Shown here: positions 53,811-63,012 of the stretch, in pieces
Layout: the number at the start of each line of letters is the position of its first letter
Numbering within the stretch: the first letter of the stretch is position 1
Assembly (NCBI GenBank): GCA_016869045.1
Contig: VGFC01000001.1
Location: 34,518-98,517 of the forward strand
From: Armatimonadota bacterium
Lineage (GTDB): Bacteria; Armatimonadota; Zipacnadia; Zipacnadales; VGFC01
Length of the DNA stretch: 64,000 bases
Reading direction: 5' to 3'
Position numbers and translations under genes: made by a program
The notes under the pieces: generated by a model
Told to the model about the DNA's origin: nothing
Databases searched by the model: none
What the model saw: the letters and a program-made list of their open reading frames with translations, nothing else

Positions 53811-56270
53811 ATGAGAACGACCGCGGCGATGCCGCTCCTCATCCTGCCCCTCCTGCCCACATGCGGTAGAGCGCAACTGCCGACCGCGGGCCCGGTCGCT
53901 GTTGAGATTCCCATCTTCGAGGGCGGGGAGGGGATGGACTTCTTCTTCCAGGCGGCCCGCGCCTACGAGAAGGCGGCCCCGGAGGTCACCGTCGATCTCT
54001 ACGGCGACCCGCGCATCGCCGACAAGGTGCGCGTGCGCGTTCTGGAGGGCACGTTCCCCGACATCACCAACGCAGGCCTGAATTACTGGGCGCTCATCAA
54101 GACCGGGGACGTGATGCCGCTCGACGAGTTCCTGAAGCAACCGAACTGGGAGAAGGACTCCACCTGGCGCGACTCGTTCATGCCCGGCGCGCTGGACCGC
54201 TACACCTGGCAGGGCCACACGTACGGCATCCCGTTCCTCTACTCGATCTACGCCATCTGGTACAACAAGACGATGTTCGAGGAGCAGGGCTGGACGCCGC
54301 CGGAGACCTGGGACGAGTTCCTGGCGCTGTGCAAGAAGATCAAGGACGCGAAGATCCCCAGCGGCTACTACAACTTCGAGTACTTCAACAAGAGCGAGAC
54401 ACCGCGGCCCAAGACGCTGCTGGAGTACAACGGTCTCAACGACACGTACAAGGGCCTGCCGGACGACGCGGCGACGCAGGTGTACCCGCTGTCATTCCAG
54501 GGCCAGTACCACGGCTACGCACAGGGCCTGATCGACTCGGCCTTCTATTACCAGGCCGGTAGAGACCGGTATCTTGCGCAGAAGAACATCGAGCCCGGCA
54601 GCTTCGACAACCCGGAACTCATCAAGAGCCTCGGCCTCGTGCAGGAGCTCGCCACGCAGTACTTCGAGCCCGGCTGCATGGGGCACAGCCACACGATGGC
54701 GCAGGAGCGGTTCTTCAACGGGAAGACCGCGATGATCCCCTGCGGCTCGTGGCTGAAGAGCGAGATGCTCGGGAAGATCCCCGACGGCTTCCGGCTGGGG
54801 GCCTTCAACCTGCCACGCCTGCCGGGCAAGGGCGACCCCACAGCCGTCTACACCTCCACGAGCTACTACTTCTCGTTCCGCAAGGCCCAGCATCCCAGAG
54901 AGGGCCTCGAGTTCCTGCGCTTCATGACCTCGCGCGCGCAGGCCGGCAAGTTCTGCAAGATGCGCGACATCATCGCGGCCGTGAAGGGCTCCGCCGAGGG
55001 CAACGTTACCACTGACATGCTCGATGTGCTCGCGATCGCGAACAAGGCGCGCACGAGCTACGGCGCCGCCCCCGGCGAGGGCTTCCCCGAGTTCGATCAG
55101 TACTGGACCGACGCCCGGTTTGGGATCCTCACCGGGAAGCTGACGCCCGAACAGGCGGCGAAGAACCTGGAGGCGGGCGCCCAGCAGGTCCGGGCCCGCG
55201 CCAAGAACCCCGACCAGATCACCGTGCGACATCGCGTGGAGCCCGGCATCCTTCTGGGCCTGCTGAGTCTGGCAGTGGTCTACACCCTCATGACGACGGT
55301 CCGCCGCTGGATCATCGCGCGGCGCGAGACGCGGGGGAGCATCGAGGCCAAGCGCGTCGGGTTGAGTTCGCTTTCCATCCTCATCTTCGTCGGGCCGGCC
55401 GCGCTGCTGTATACGGTGTTCGTGGTGATCCCCAGCGCCCGGTCCTTCTGGTGGAGCACCCAGCGGTGGGACGGGCTGACCAACATGCAGTACGTCGGCC
55501 TGCAGCACTTCAAGCGGCTGTTGTTCGAGAGCGACCCCTTCTGGACCGCGCTCAAGAACAACCTCTTCATCATGCTCGTCATCCCGCTGTTCGTCATCCC
55601 GCTATCGCTGTTCCTGGCGACCTGCATCAGCCGCGGGCTGAAGGGATCAACCGTCTTCCGGATCGTCTTCTTCTTCCCGAACATCCTCGGCGCCGTGGCG
55701 GCCACGCTCCTCTGGATGCACCTGTATGAGCCGAACGGCGGGCTGGTGAACCGGGTGCTGGTCTTCCTGACCGGCCTGCTGCACCTGGGGCCAGCGCTCA
55801 AACTGATCGGTGTCCAGTCCTTCCAGGGGTTCGCGTGGCTGAGCCAGGAGCACCTGTACTGGGCCCTCATCCCGATGTCGATCTGGGGCGCCTGCGGCTT
55901 CAACATGCTGCTGTACCTCGCGGCGATGGAGGGCATCCCGCATGACCTCTATGAGGCCGCCCAGATCGACGGCGCTTCAGCCTGGCGGCAGTTCTGGACG
56001 ATCACCCTCCCGCTCATCTGGGACGTGCTCTCGATCTCCATCGTCTTCATGATCATCGGCGGCATGAAGGCCTTCGAGACCATCTGGCTGCTCACCAACC
56101 AGACCCCCACCACCGAAACGCATGTCATCGGCACCCGCATGGTGCAGGCGATGTTCACCGAGTTCAAGGTCGGCGAGGCGACCGCCATCGCCGTCCTGCT
56201 CTTCCTGATGGTCTTCTTCGGCACCGCCGCGACGCTGAGGCTGATGCGGAGGGAGACGGTAGAATACTGA
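53811..56270 (+). CDS. sugar ABC transporter: family-1 extracellular solute-binding protein fused in one ORF to a MalF/UgpA-type permease
   Basis: N-terminal ~410 aa is SBP-like with a signal peptide. The C-terminal ~400 aa has 6 TMs and the EAAQIDGAS permease signature. No stop between them in this sequence. Confidence 0.6.
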   Translation: MRTTAAMPLLILPLLPTCGRAQLPTAGPVAVEIPIFEGGEGMDFFFQAARAYEKAAPEVTVDLYGDPRIADKVRVRVLEGTFPDITNAGLNYWALIKTGDVMPLDEFLKQPNWEKDSTWRDSFMPGALDRYTWQGHTYGIPFLYSIYAIWYNKTMFEEQGWTPPETWDEFLALCKKIKDAKIPSGYYNFEYFNKSETPRPKTLLEYNGLNDTYKGLPDDAATQVYPLSFQGQYHGYAQGLIDSAFYYQAGRDRYLAQKNIEPGSFDNPELIKSLGLVQELATQYFEPGCMGHSHTMAQERFFNGKTAMIPCGSWLKSEMLGKIPDGFRLGAFNLPRLPGKGDPTAVYTSTSYYFSFRKAQHPREGLEFLRFMTSRAQAGKFCKMRDIIAAVKGSAEGNVTTDMLDVLAIANKARTSYGAAPGEGFPEFDQYWTDARFGILTGKLTPEQAAKNLEAGAQQVRARAKNPDQITVRHRVEPGILLGLLSLAVVYTLMTTVRRWIIARRETRGSIEAKRVGLSSLSILIFVGPAALLYTVFVVIPSARSFWWSTQRWDGLTNMQYVGLQHFKRLLFESDPFWTALKNNLFIMLVIPLFVIPLSLFLATCISRGLKGSTVFRIVFFFPNILGAVAATLLWMHLYEPNGGLVNRVLVFLTGLLHLGPALKLIGVQSFQGFAWLSQEHLYWALIPMSIWGACGFNMLLYLAAMEGIPHDLYEAAQIDGASAWRQFWTITLPLIWDVLSISIVFMIIGGMKAFETIWLLTNQTPTTETHVIGTRMVQAMFTEFKVGEATAIAVLLFLMVFFGTAATLRLMRRETVEY

Positions 56271-56289
56271 GGGAGGGAAGGCAACGAAA

Positions 56290-56326
56290 GGGGAAGATTC
56301 GAAGACTTGAAGAACGGCGAAGACGG
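56290..56326 (+). repeat. left inverted repeat flanking GxxExxY gene #2
   Basis: ggggaagattcgaagacttgaagaacggcgaagacgg. The reverse-complement variant lies at 56841-56880. Confidence 0.85.
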
Positions 56327-56386
56327 CCAGGCAAGGGGTACGGCAACGGCCAAGGCCGAGGCCACGGCAGCAGGCGAGGCGCGGCG

Positions 56387-56795
56387 TGTGGGGCCACGGC
56401 TGGCCGATGAGGTCGAGCGGATCGGCGCCCAGGTTGTGGACGCGGCCTACACCGTACACCAGGCGCTGGGGCCGGGGCTGTTGGAGTCTGTGTATGAGGC
56501 CTGCCTCGCCCACGAACTGGGGAAGCGTGGACTGACAGTGCGCACGCAGGTTCCCATGCCGGTAACCTATGATGGGGCGCGGTTCGAGGCGGGCTTCCGC
56601 CTGGACATGCTCGTGGAAGAGCAAATGGTGGTTGAGGTCAAGGCTGTCGAGGCCATCCTCGGAGTGCACATTGCGCAGTTGCGCACGTATCTGAAGCTCT
56701 CGGGGCTTCAGCTCGGGTTCCTGATGAACTTCAACGTGGCGCTGTTCAGAACGGGGATCAGGAGGGTGACCGTGGGCGCAAGTGTCCGCGCCTAG
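56387..56795 (+). CDS. GxxExxY-family small protein, paralog 2, inserted between the two ABC permease genes
   Basis: GTG start. GPGLLESVYEACLAHEL signature. Shares the C-terminal block AQLRTYLKLSGLQLGFLMNFNV with paralog 1. Confidence 0.6.
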
Positions 56796-56840
56796 CCCTG
56801 CGCCGTTGCCTTGGTCGTCACCATGGCCTTGCCTTGCCGT

Positions 56841-56880
56841 GTCGTCTTCGCCGTTCTTCGAATCTTCGAATCTTCCCCTT
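56841..56880 (-). repeat. right inverted repeat flanking GxxExxY gene #2
   Basis: gtcgtcttcgccgttcttcgaatcttcgaatcttcccc is the reverse complement of the 56290-56326 family, with one unit variant. Confidence 0.8.
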
Positions 56881-56898
56881 TCGTGGGGGAGGTGGCCA

Positions 56899-57750
56899 AT
56901 GCAGAAGCGATTCTCGATATGGGACCCGTTGATCTACCTGGTCCTGCTGACCTACTTCCTGGTCGTCGTGTACCCGATGGTGTGGCTGCTATACACTTCG
57001 CTGAAGACGGACAAGGCCATCTTCCTCAACCCGTTTGAGCTACCGCCTTTGCGCCATCTGCAATGGGCGAACTTCGCCAACGCCTGGACGAAGGGGAACT
57101 TCGGGGACTACTTCTTCAACAGCGTCGCCATGACCGTGATGACGGTCGGGCTGGTGGTGCTGCTCTCGTCGATGGCGGCCTACGCGCTGAGCCGCTTCCA
57201 CTTCCGCGGGGCGCGGCCGCTGTTCTTCTACTTCCTGGCGGGGCTGATGATCCCGCTGCAGTTGGGGATCGTGCCGCTGTTCTTCCAGATGAAGGACCTG
57301 CACCTGTTGAACTCGCGGTGGGGCCTGCTGACGGCCTACGTCGCGTTTGGGATGCCCTTCTCGATCTTCATCCTGACGGGCTTCTTCAAGTCGCTCCCGT
57401 CGGCGCTCTACGAGTCCGCGCTCATCGACGGCGCCAGCGACTTCCGCGCGTTCTGGTCGATCATGCTACCGCTCGCGCGGCCGGGCCTCATCACGGTGGC
57501 GATCTTCTCGTTCCTGGGCACCTGGAACGAGTTCTTCATGGCCTTCATGTTCCTCTCCGGCAAGGGGTCCGAGCACCTGCGCACGCTGCCTCTGGGCCTC
57601 GCCAACCTCACCATCGTGAGCCAGTACCGGTCCGACTGGGGCATGGCCTTCGCGGGGCTGGTGCTGGTCATGCTCCCCACGCTACTTGTCTACTCCCTCC
57701 TGCAGAAGCACCTCAGCAAGGGAATCACCATGGGCGCGCTGAAGGGGTAG
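56899..57750 (+). CDS. sugar ABC transporter permease (MalG/UgpE-type)
   Basis: GGGGGAGG RBS. ESALIDGASDFRAFWSIMLPL EAA-loop signature. 6 TMs. Confidence 0.8.
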   Translation: MQKRFSIWDPLIYLVLLTYFLVVVYPMVWLLYTSLKTDKAIFLNPFELPPLRHLQWANFANAWTKGNFGDYFFNSVAMTVMTVGLVVLLSSMAAYALSRFHFRGARPLFFYFLAGLMIPLQLGIVPLFFQMKDLHLLNSRWGLLTAYVAFGMPFSIFILTGFFKSLPSALYESALIDGASDFRAFWSIMLPLARPGLITVAIFSFLGTWNEFFMAFMFLSGKGSEHLRTLPLGLANLTIVSQYRSDWGMAFAGLVLVMLPTLLVYSLLQKHLSKGITMGALKG

Positions 57751-57768
57751 TCTCCCGGAGGGCGACCC

Positions 57769-59712
57769 ATGCTGATCTCGATCCTTCTCTCTGCGACTAC
57801 CGTCAATGCTGCCGGGCCGGATGACCCCTCACCGTTCGGCATCGTGTGCCCGTGGCCGAAGGTCGGCGAGACGGGCGCGCGATGGGTGCGGTGCGGCGCG
57901 GGGGCGACGCAGCTTGTGGACTGGGGCGCCGTCGAGCCCGAGGCGGGCAGGTTTGTCTGGGACGGTGCGGACAGCGAGTTGGTGAAGTGGGACAAGCCGG
58001 AGGGCCTGACGCCGCTGCCGATTCTGGCCTATACCGCGCCGTGGGCGTCGAGCGGACTGGATGGTGACCGCGCGTGTCCGCCGCGCGACCTGCGGGACTA
58101 CGCGCGGTTCGTGCGGGAGAGCGTGGCGCGGTACAAGGGCGACATTCGCTACTGGGAGGTCTGGAACGAGGAGAACATCGAGTTCTTCAAGGGCACGATC
58201 CCCCAGTACGTGGACATGCTGAAGATCGCCTCGATTGCGGCGCGGCAGGCCGACCCCGAGGCGCGGGTCGTCTTCGGTGGGACGGCGGGCGTGGATTCGC
58301 GGTTCATCGAGCGCTGCTACGAACTGGGAACGGGTCCGTACTTCGACGTGATGGCGGTGCACCCGTACCAGTGGGGGCGCACGTTCAACGACGGCTGGAA
58401 CCGCGACAAGATGACGCGGCTACGGTCCGTCATGGACCGATTCGGCGGCGCGCGGGTGCCGATCTGGTGCACGGAAATCGGCTGGTCCACGGGTGAGGGC
58501 GTCAGCAACGAGGACCAGGCGCGGCTGCTCGTGCAGGCGTTCGTCGGCAACCTCGCGCTGAAGGACCTGGGCATCGCGAAGGTCTTCTGGTTCTGCGTGA
58601 AGGACTGGGGCGGTCCGGGGCACGGCATCTTCGCGGACGACGGCTCGCGCAAGCCGGCCTTCGAGGCCTACCGCATCGTGACGCGCGAACTCGAGGGCAC
58701 GGTGCCCGTGGGGCGCCTGGACACCGGGGACGTCCGGTGCCATGCGTTCTGCGACCTGGATGGGCAGCGCGCGGTCTTGGTCTTCTGGTCGCCGACGCTG
58801 GAGCCGATGCCGCTGGCGCTGCCGAAGCTGGGGGGTGAGTTCACCGTCGTTGACCTCAACGGACGCGAACAGCGCCTGACCGGCGAGCAGCTTCCCCAGC
58901 TCACCGCGACCCCGGAGCCGAGTTACCTGCGGCTGCCGCCGGAGGCACTCGCTGCTTTGCTGCCCGCTGACGCAACCCTCCGCCCAGCAGCGTACTGGTC
59001 GCCGCCGGACCGACCGGCGACGCCGCCGTGGTGGCCGTCGGTGCAGATTCCGGAGGGCACGTCGCGGTTGTGTTTCGTCCTCGGCGAGACGCGCGAGGTG
59101 AGCGTGGATCTGTGGAACCTGGGGGCTGAACCGCAACAGGCGACGGTCACGGTGTCACTGCTCGGCGAACAGGACCGTGTGCTGGCGGCGGATGACCGGC
59201 GTTGCCCTCTGCCGGCAGATGCCTGTACACCGGCACTCCTCAGCCTCGCAGTTCCGCCCGGTCTGGCGCCCGGACTGACCCCGATGGTCGTCTCCCTCCG
59301 AACCGAGGCAGACCCTCGCCCTATCGAGTACCGGCTCGCGGTCCGCGTCGCCCAGGGCCCGACCATCGAGTTCCTCGCCAACAGCCACGTCGAGCGGTCG
59401 GTCTATCTGCAGCCCGGCCACGAGAGCGGCTGCTCGGAGTCGTGCCGCTTCGGCAAGACGTGGACCTACGCCTTCGATGTGCCGTTCGCGTGCGAGGCGG
59501 AGCTGCAGATGCTGCTCGGCGCGCACTTGGCAGGACCGTTCGCGGTGCGCTACTCGCAGGACGGCAACGAGTGGAAGACGCTGCTCGACGGTCGCGGCGA
59601 CCGCGCGTGGCGCCAGGCGACCCTCACCAACCTGCAGCCGGGCAAGCTCTACCTGCGCTTCGCGGGCGAGAACGTGCAGCTCGATGAGTTGGTGCTAACG
59701 TGGGTGCGGTGA
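57769..59712 (+). CDS. secreted glycoside hydrolase, clan GH-A (GH5/GH39-like) with C-terminal beta-sandwich domain
   Basis: Signal peptide. Catalytic-pair motifs YWEVWNEEN (acid/base) and IWCTEIGWST (nucleophile). Confidence 0.55.
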   Translation: MLISILLSATTVNAAGPDDPSPFGIVCPWPKVGETGARWVRCGAGATQLVDWGAVEPEAGRFVWDGADSELVKWDKPEGLTPLPILAYTAPWASSGLDGDRACPPRDLRDYARFVRESVARYKGDIRYWEVWNEENIEFFKGTIPQYVDMLKIASIAARQADPEARVVFGGTAGVDSRFIERCYELGTGPYFDVMAVHPYQWGRTFNDGWNRDKMTRLRSVMDRFGGARVPIWCTEIGWSTGEGVSNEDQARLLVQAFVGNLALKDLGIAKVFWFCVKDWGGPGHGIFADDGSRKPAFEAYRIVTRELEGTVPVGRLDTGDVRCHAFCDLDGQRAVLVFWSPTLEPMPLALPKLGGEFTVVDLNGREQRLTGEQLPQLTATPEPSYLRLPPEALAALLPADATLRPAAYWSPPDRPATPPWWPSVQIPEGTSRLCFVLGETREVSVDLWNLGAEPQQATVTVSLLGEQDRVLAADDRRCPLPADACTPALLSLAVPPGLAPGLTPMVVSLRTEADPRPIEYRLAVRVAQGPTIEFLANSHVERSVYLQPGHESGCSESCRFGKTWTYAFDVPFACEAELQMLLGAHLAGPFAVRYSQDGNEWKTLLDGRGDRAWRQATLTNLQPGKLYLRFAGENVQLDELVLTWVR

Positions 59713-59938
59713 GGAGGAGAGAGGTCAGCGGCGACGGCGAACCGTGCGGGACAGGGCGCGGTGCTGTTCGACCACAGTGATAGCGCCCAGCAGCGACTCC
59801 GGCAAGCGCGTGGAGATGAGCCGAAGGACACGGGCGATTCGCCAAACCCAGGTCGCGGACGTCAGCCGCTGCGTAGCCCAACTCCTCGATGGCACCGGCC
59901 AAGTTGCGGGGCATGTTCTCGTCAATGAGGAACTGCAT
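59624..59938 (-). pseudogene. DUF5615-type (PIN-like) toxin remnant: only the first ~35 codons conserved
   Basis: MQFLIDENMPRNLAGAIEELGYAAADVRDLGLANR matches the family N-terminus. All three downstream frames are non-homologous. The ORF tail overlaps the convergent GH gene. Confidence 0.45.
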
Positions 59939-59941
59939 GTG

Positions 59942-60181
59942 CTATGCGACCGGCAAGGCAGTGATGTTCATCTTCACCATGATGTCGGCTGCAAAGGCCA
60001 GTGCGGCGTCGATGTCCTCGACCTTGAGTCCATAGGCCTCCGCCACCTCCTCCCTGGTCATGCCTCCTGACAGTGACCCTATCACGACCCAGACCATAAC
60101 CCTGGTGCCGGTGATGACCGCAGCACCGTGGCAAACCTCCGGATCGACGCTGATTCGTGGGGCGATCTCCATAGGCTGCAC
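59942..60181 (-). CDS. DUF433-domain protein (antitoxin-like partner of DUF5615)
   Basis: ISVDPEVCHGAAVITGTRVMVWVVIGSL...EEVAEAYGLKVEDIDAALAFA matches the DUF433 pattern. It ends 4 nt upstream of the DUF5615 remnant. Confidence 0.6.
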   Translation of the reverse strand: MQPMEIAPRISVDPEVCHGAAVITGTRVMVWVVIGSLSGGMTREEVAEAYGLKVEDIDAALAFAADIMVKMNITALPVA

Positions 60182-60271
60182 CTCCTCTGTTGAGCCCTGC
60201 TCGTGTGATCATTCTACTTGCTGCGCAGCAGACGTCAAGGGCGAGGTCGGCTCATGGAGACCCGTTCGGTC

Positions 60272-61774
60272 TCACTGCCCGAAGCCGATCTCAAGCACGC
60301 ACTTCCTGACCTCCAGCGCTCCCTCGAAGCCCACGTATTCCCTCAGACGACGCAGCGCGAGGGCGTTGTCTCCGCGTCGCAGCGCTTGGGGCGGTACGTC
60401 GTACTGCACGACCCCATTCCAGCAGCCGTGATCGTAGTGGTTGTAGCGGTAGCTGTCTGGCTGCAGCGGCAGGCCGTTGATCGAGACCTCGATGTCGTCG
60501 AGTCGGTTGACGCCCTTGAGGTCGAGGGTGAGGAGGGCCGACGGCGAGACACCGCAGCGCGCGGCCCCCGCGAGGTCGTCGGCGATGCGCAGCGGATAGG
60601 AGGCCTCCGTCTCGCCAGGGTCCAGACGGAAGCGGCTGACCCACTCGTGGTTGTAGATCTGCGCGTCGGGGGGCCAGACGGCGAGGACGTACTGCTTGTC
60701 GGCGAGGCGCAAGGCGTCGGGGTCGGCCAACTCCGTGAGCGCGCTCTGGTCCCACGGGCCATCGGCGCAGGTGAAGTTGAAGAGGCTGACACCGTCGGCG
60801 CCGCTCATGTAGTGCAGGGCCGCCACCGCGCGCATGTACTCGATGGAGGGCGGGCCGAACCCGTCCACAACGCCGTTCCCGGCCCGTAGGCCTGTGCCCC
60901 CGGAGCCACAGCTTGCGATCCAGTGCAGCTGGCCCTCCATGCCAGGGTAGACCTTGCAGCCCTTCGCGTGGGCACGCTCGACCCACCAGTCGCTCGGTGC
61001 GTCAGGCGTGTGGTCGCCAATGCCGCCGAGGGTGATCTGGTTGAGAAGGCCCTCGGCAAGCCAGTGCTCCACATCGAGCCCGCTGGCGATGCAGACCCCA
61101 GCGCTGTACTCGAACCGCGCGCTGAGGGTGCGCTCAGGGCCGACGAGGTCGCGGAGGCGGCGCACGAGGTCAGTCATCAGCGGGGCCCGGGCCCGCTCCT
61201 CCCCCTGGCGGAACCAGGGGCGGAAGCGCGTGAAGTCGAGGTCGATGCCGTCCACCTCGTACCTGCCCAGCACCTCAGCGATCTGCGCGAGGCGGTACTC
61301 GTGCACGTCCGGGTGCGCGTAGTCGAGTTGGCCGGTGGGCAGCAGCGCGTCCGGGTGAGCGTCGAACCACGACGAGAGCAACTCGGGGAAGTACGGCGAC
61401 CCGTCGGCCTTGCGGTAGACGTGATGCGCGTCGTTCATGCGCAGCGAGAACTGACACGCAATCCCGTGCCGATGGCAGGCCTCCGACACGATCCACAGCG
61501 GGTCGGTTCCCAACTCATCCAGATGCCGGAGCGTCTCGCGCATCCGCCAGACGTGGAGCGTGTCGATCCGCTGCATCATGTCGCCGACGCGCGGCAAGAA
61601 CGTCGAGCGGTAGTTGACCGCGTGGCCGCCGAGGGCGCAGAACTGGTAGGCCACGACACTCGTGCCCACCTGTGGATCGACGGTGACGCGCTCGATGTCA
61701 CGCGGGCCCATCGGGGCCGGATGCCGCGTGTACGTCGACCAACCGTCGTCGTTGAGGATGAGGCCCTTGCTCAT
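60272..61774 (-). CDS. hypothetical protein, possibly a TIM-barrel glycoside-hydrolase-like (GHL10/DUF4015-type) enzyme
   Basis: Start MSKGLILNDDGWSTY within track ORF 60272..61939. Functional call is weak. Confidence 0.35.
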   Translation of the reverse strand: MSKGLILNDDGWSTYTRHPAPMGPRDIERVTVDPQVGTSVVAYQFCALGGHAVNYRSTFLPRVGDMMQRIDTLHVWRMRETLRHLDELGTDPLWIVSEACHRHGIACQFSLRMNDAHHVYRKADGSPYFPELLSSWFDAHPDALLPTGQLDYAHPDVHEYRLAQIAEVLGRYEVDGIDLDFTRFRPWFRQGEERARAPLMTDLVRRLRDLVGPERTLSARFEYSAGVCIASGLDVEHWLAEGLLNQITLGGIGDHTPDAPSDWWVERAHAKGCKVYPGMEGQLHWIASCGSGGTGLRAGNGVVDGFGPPSIEYMRAVAALHYMSGADGVSLFNFTCADGPWDQSALTELADPDALRLADKQYVLAVWPPDAQIYNHEWVSRFRLDPGETEASYPLRIADDLAGAARCGVSPSALLTLDLKGVNRLDDIEVSINGLPLQPDSYRYNHYDHGCWNGVVQYDVPPQALRRGDNALALRRLREYVGFEGALEVRKCVLEIGFGQ

Positions 61775-61948
61775 GGCCCGGAGACTTCGACCTTTCTGAG
61801 TCTCATGATACCATCCGCGCGGCACGAGGCGGCGAGGACGATGCCCTTGGCCATCGGCTCCGACCCTCGCCTCTGCCAGCTCTGCGCAGATCCTGGCCGG
61901 GCTGCGGGTGGTTGGCCCGGGCGACGCGCTGTCGGCCAAGATCGGCCG

Positions 61949-62989
61949 TCAGTGCAACCGAGGGCCCCGCTCCCGAGGCCGGGGCTTCTGCGACTCCACC
62001 AGTTCGCCCACGAGGGCGCTCAGTTCCTCGGCGAACCACTGGCCCGCGTCGTCGTTCCCCTGAATGGCCGGCAAGAGGTTGTGGATCAGGGCCGCAGCCT
62101 CGTCCTCGCCCCCCATCGTGACGTAGCCCCTCGGGCGCGCGGGCGGGCGCTCGGCAAGCAGGAGGGCGACAACGTGGCGGTTCCGTTCGACCGCGGCGCG
62201 GAAGGCCTGGCGGGCCGCGGCGCCGCGCCCTTGGGCCAGGAAGGTCCGGACGGCCTTAGCCCACACCATCTCCATGCTGCCATCGTCCTCGAACTGCTGG
62301 AGGAGGGCGCCGAGTTCGTCCAGGCGGCGCAGTTCCAGCAGCCACACCGCCAGCAGGCAACGCAGGCCCTGGTTGTCATTGGGGTTCAGCTCGAGCATCT
62401 CCTGTAGGTGGGCGACGGCCTCCGCGCGCCGACCAATGGCCCACAAGCAAGTCGCGAAGCCCTCTCGGGCGCGCATGTAGGGGCGCGTCTCCAGGCAGCC
62501 CCAGAACGCCCCCTTCAGCTCCTCGAACGCCTGCGGTCCGATGGCCCGCTCGCCGGCCTCCATCCCTTGCCGGTACAACTCCAAGGCCTGGTCCGGCGTC
62601 TTGCCCTCCTCCTCGGCCAGCAGCACATACGCGTCCGCGCAGTCGGCGCTAATCGCGAGGGCCTCGCGCGCGAGGTTGACGCGCTGACGGCGGGTGGTGG
62701 CGTCCCAGGCGTCGTACATCCGCTCCTGGGCGCGCTCCAGGTCGGTGGCCGGGGGCGGGATGAGGTCCTCAGCCCGACCTTCCTTCAGCGCCTGCTGCAA
62801 GAAGGCGTCGGCCTGCTCCACGGTCTCAAACTGCTGCCCATCGAGCAGCGTCATGAGGCCCGCCATTGTCCGCTCCATGGCGCGCCGATCACGCAATGGC
62901 GGTAGGTCCCTTTGGCCGGCAGTGGGCTTCCGGCGATGCCCAGTCTTCGGTCCGGCCTTCTTGACTCGTGTGCGCTTCTTGGCAGCCAT
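61949..62989 (-). CDS. TPR-like repeat protein with poly-basic N-terminus
   Basis: MAAKKRTRVKKAGPKTGHRRKP..., then helical repeats with TPR-like A/L/Y periodicity. Confidence 0.45.
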   Translation of the reverse strand: MAAKKRTRVKKAGPKTGHRRKPTAGQRDLPPLRDRRAMERTMAGLMTLLDGQQFETVEQADAFLQQALKEGRAEDLIPPPATDLERAQERMYDAWDATTRRQRVNLAREALAISADCADAYVLLAEEEGKTPDQALELYRQGMEAGERAIGPQAFEELKGAFWGCLETRPYMRAREGFATCLWAIGRRAEAVAHLQEMLELNPNDNQGLRCLLAVWLLELRRLDELGALLQQFEDDGSMEMVWAKAVRTFLAQGRGAAARQAFRAAVERNRHVVALLLAERPPARPRGYVTMGGEDEAAALIHNLLPAIQGNDDAGQWFAEELSALVGELVESQKPRPRERGPRLH

Positions 62990-63012
62990 CTCGCTTCTCC
63001 CTCTTGTAGTTC

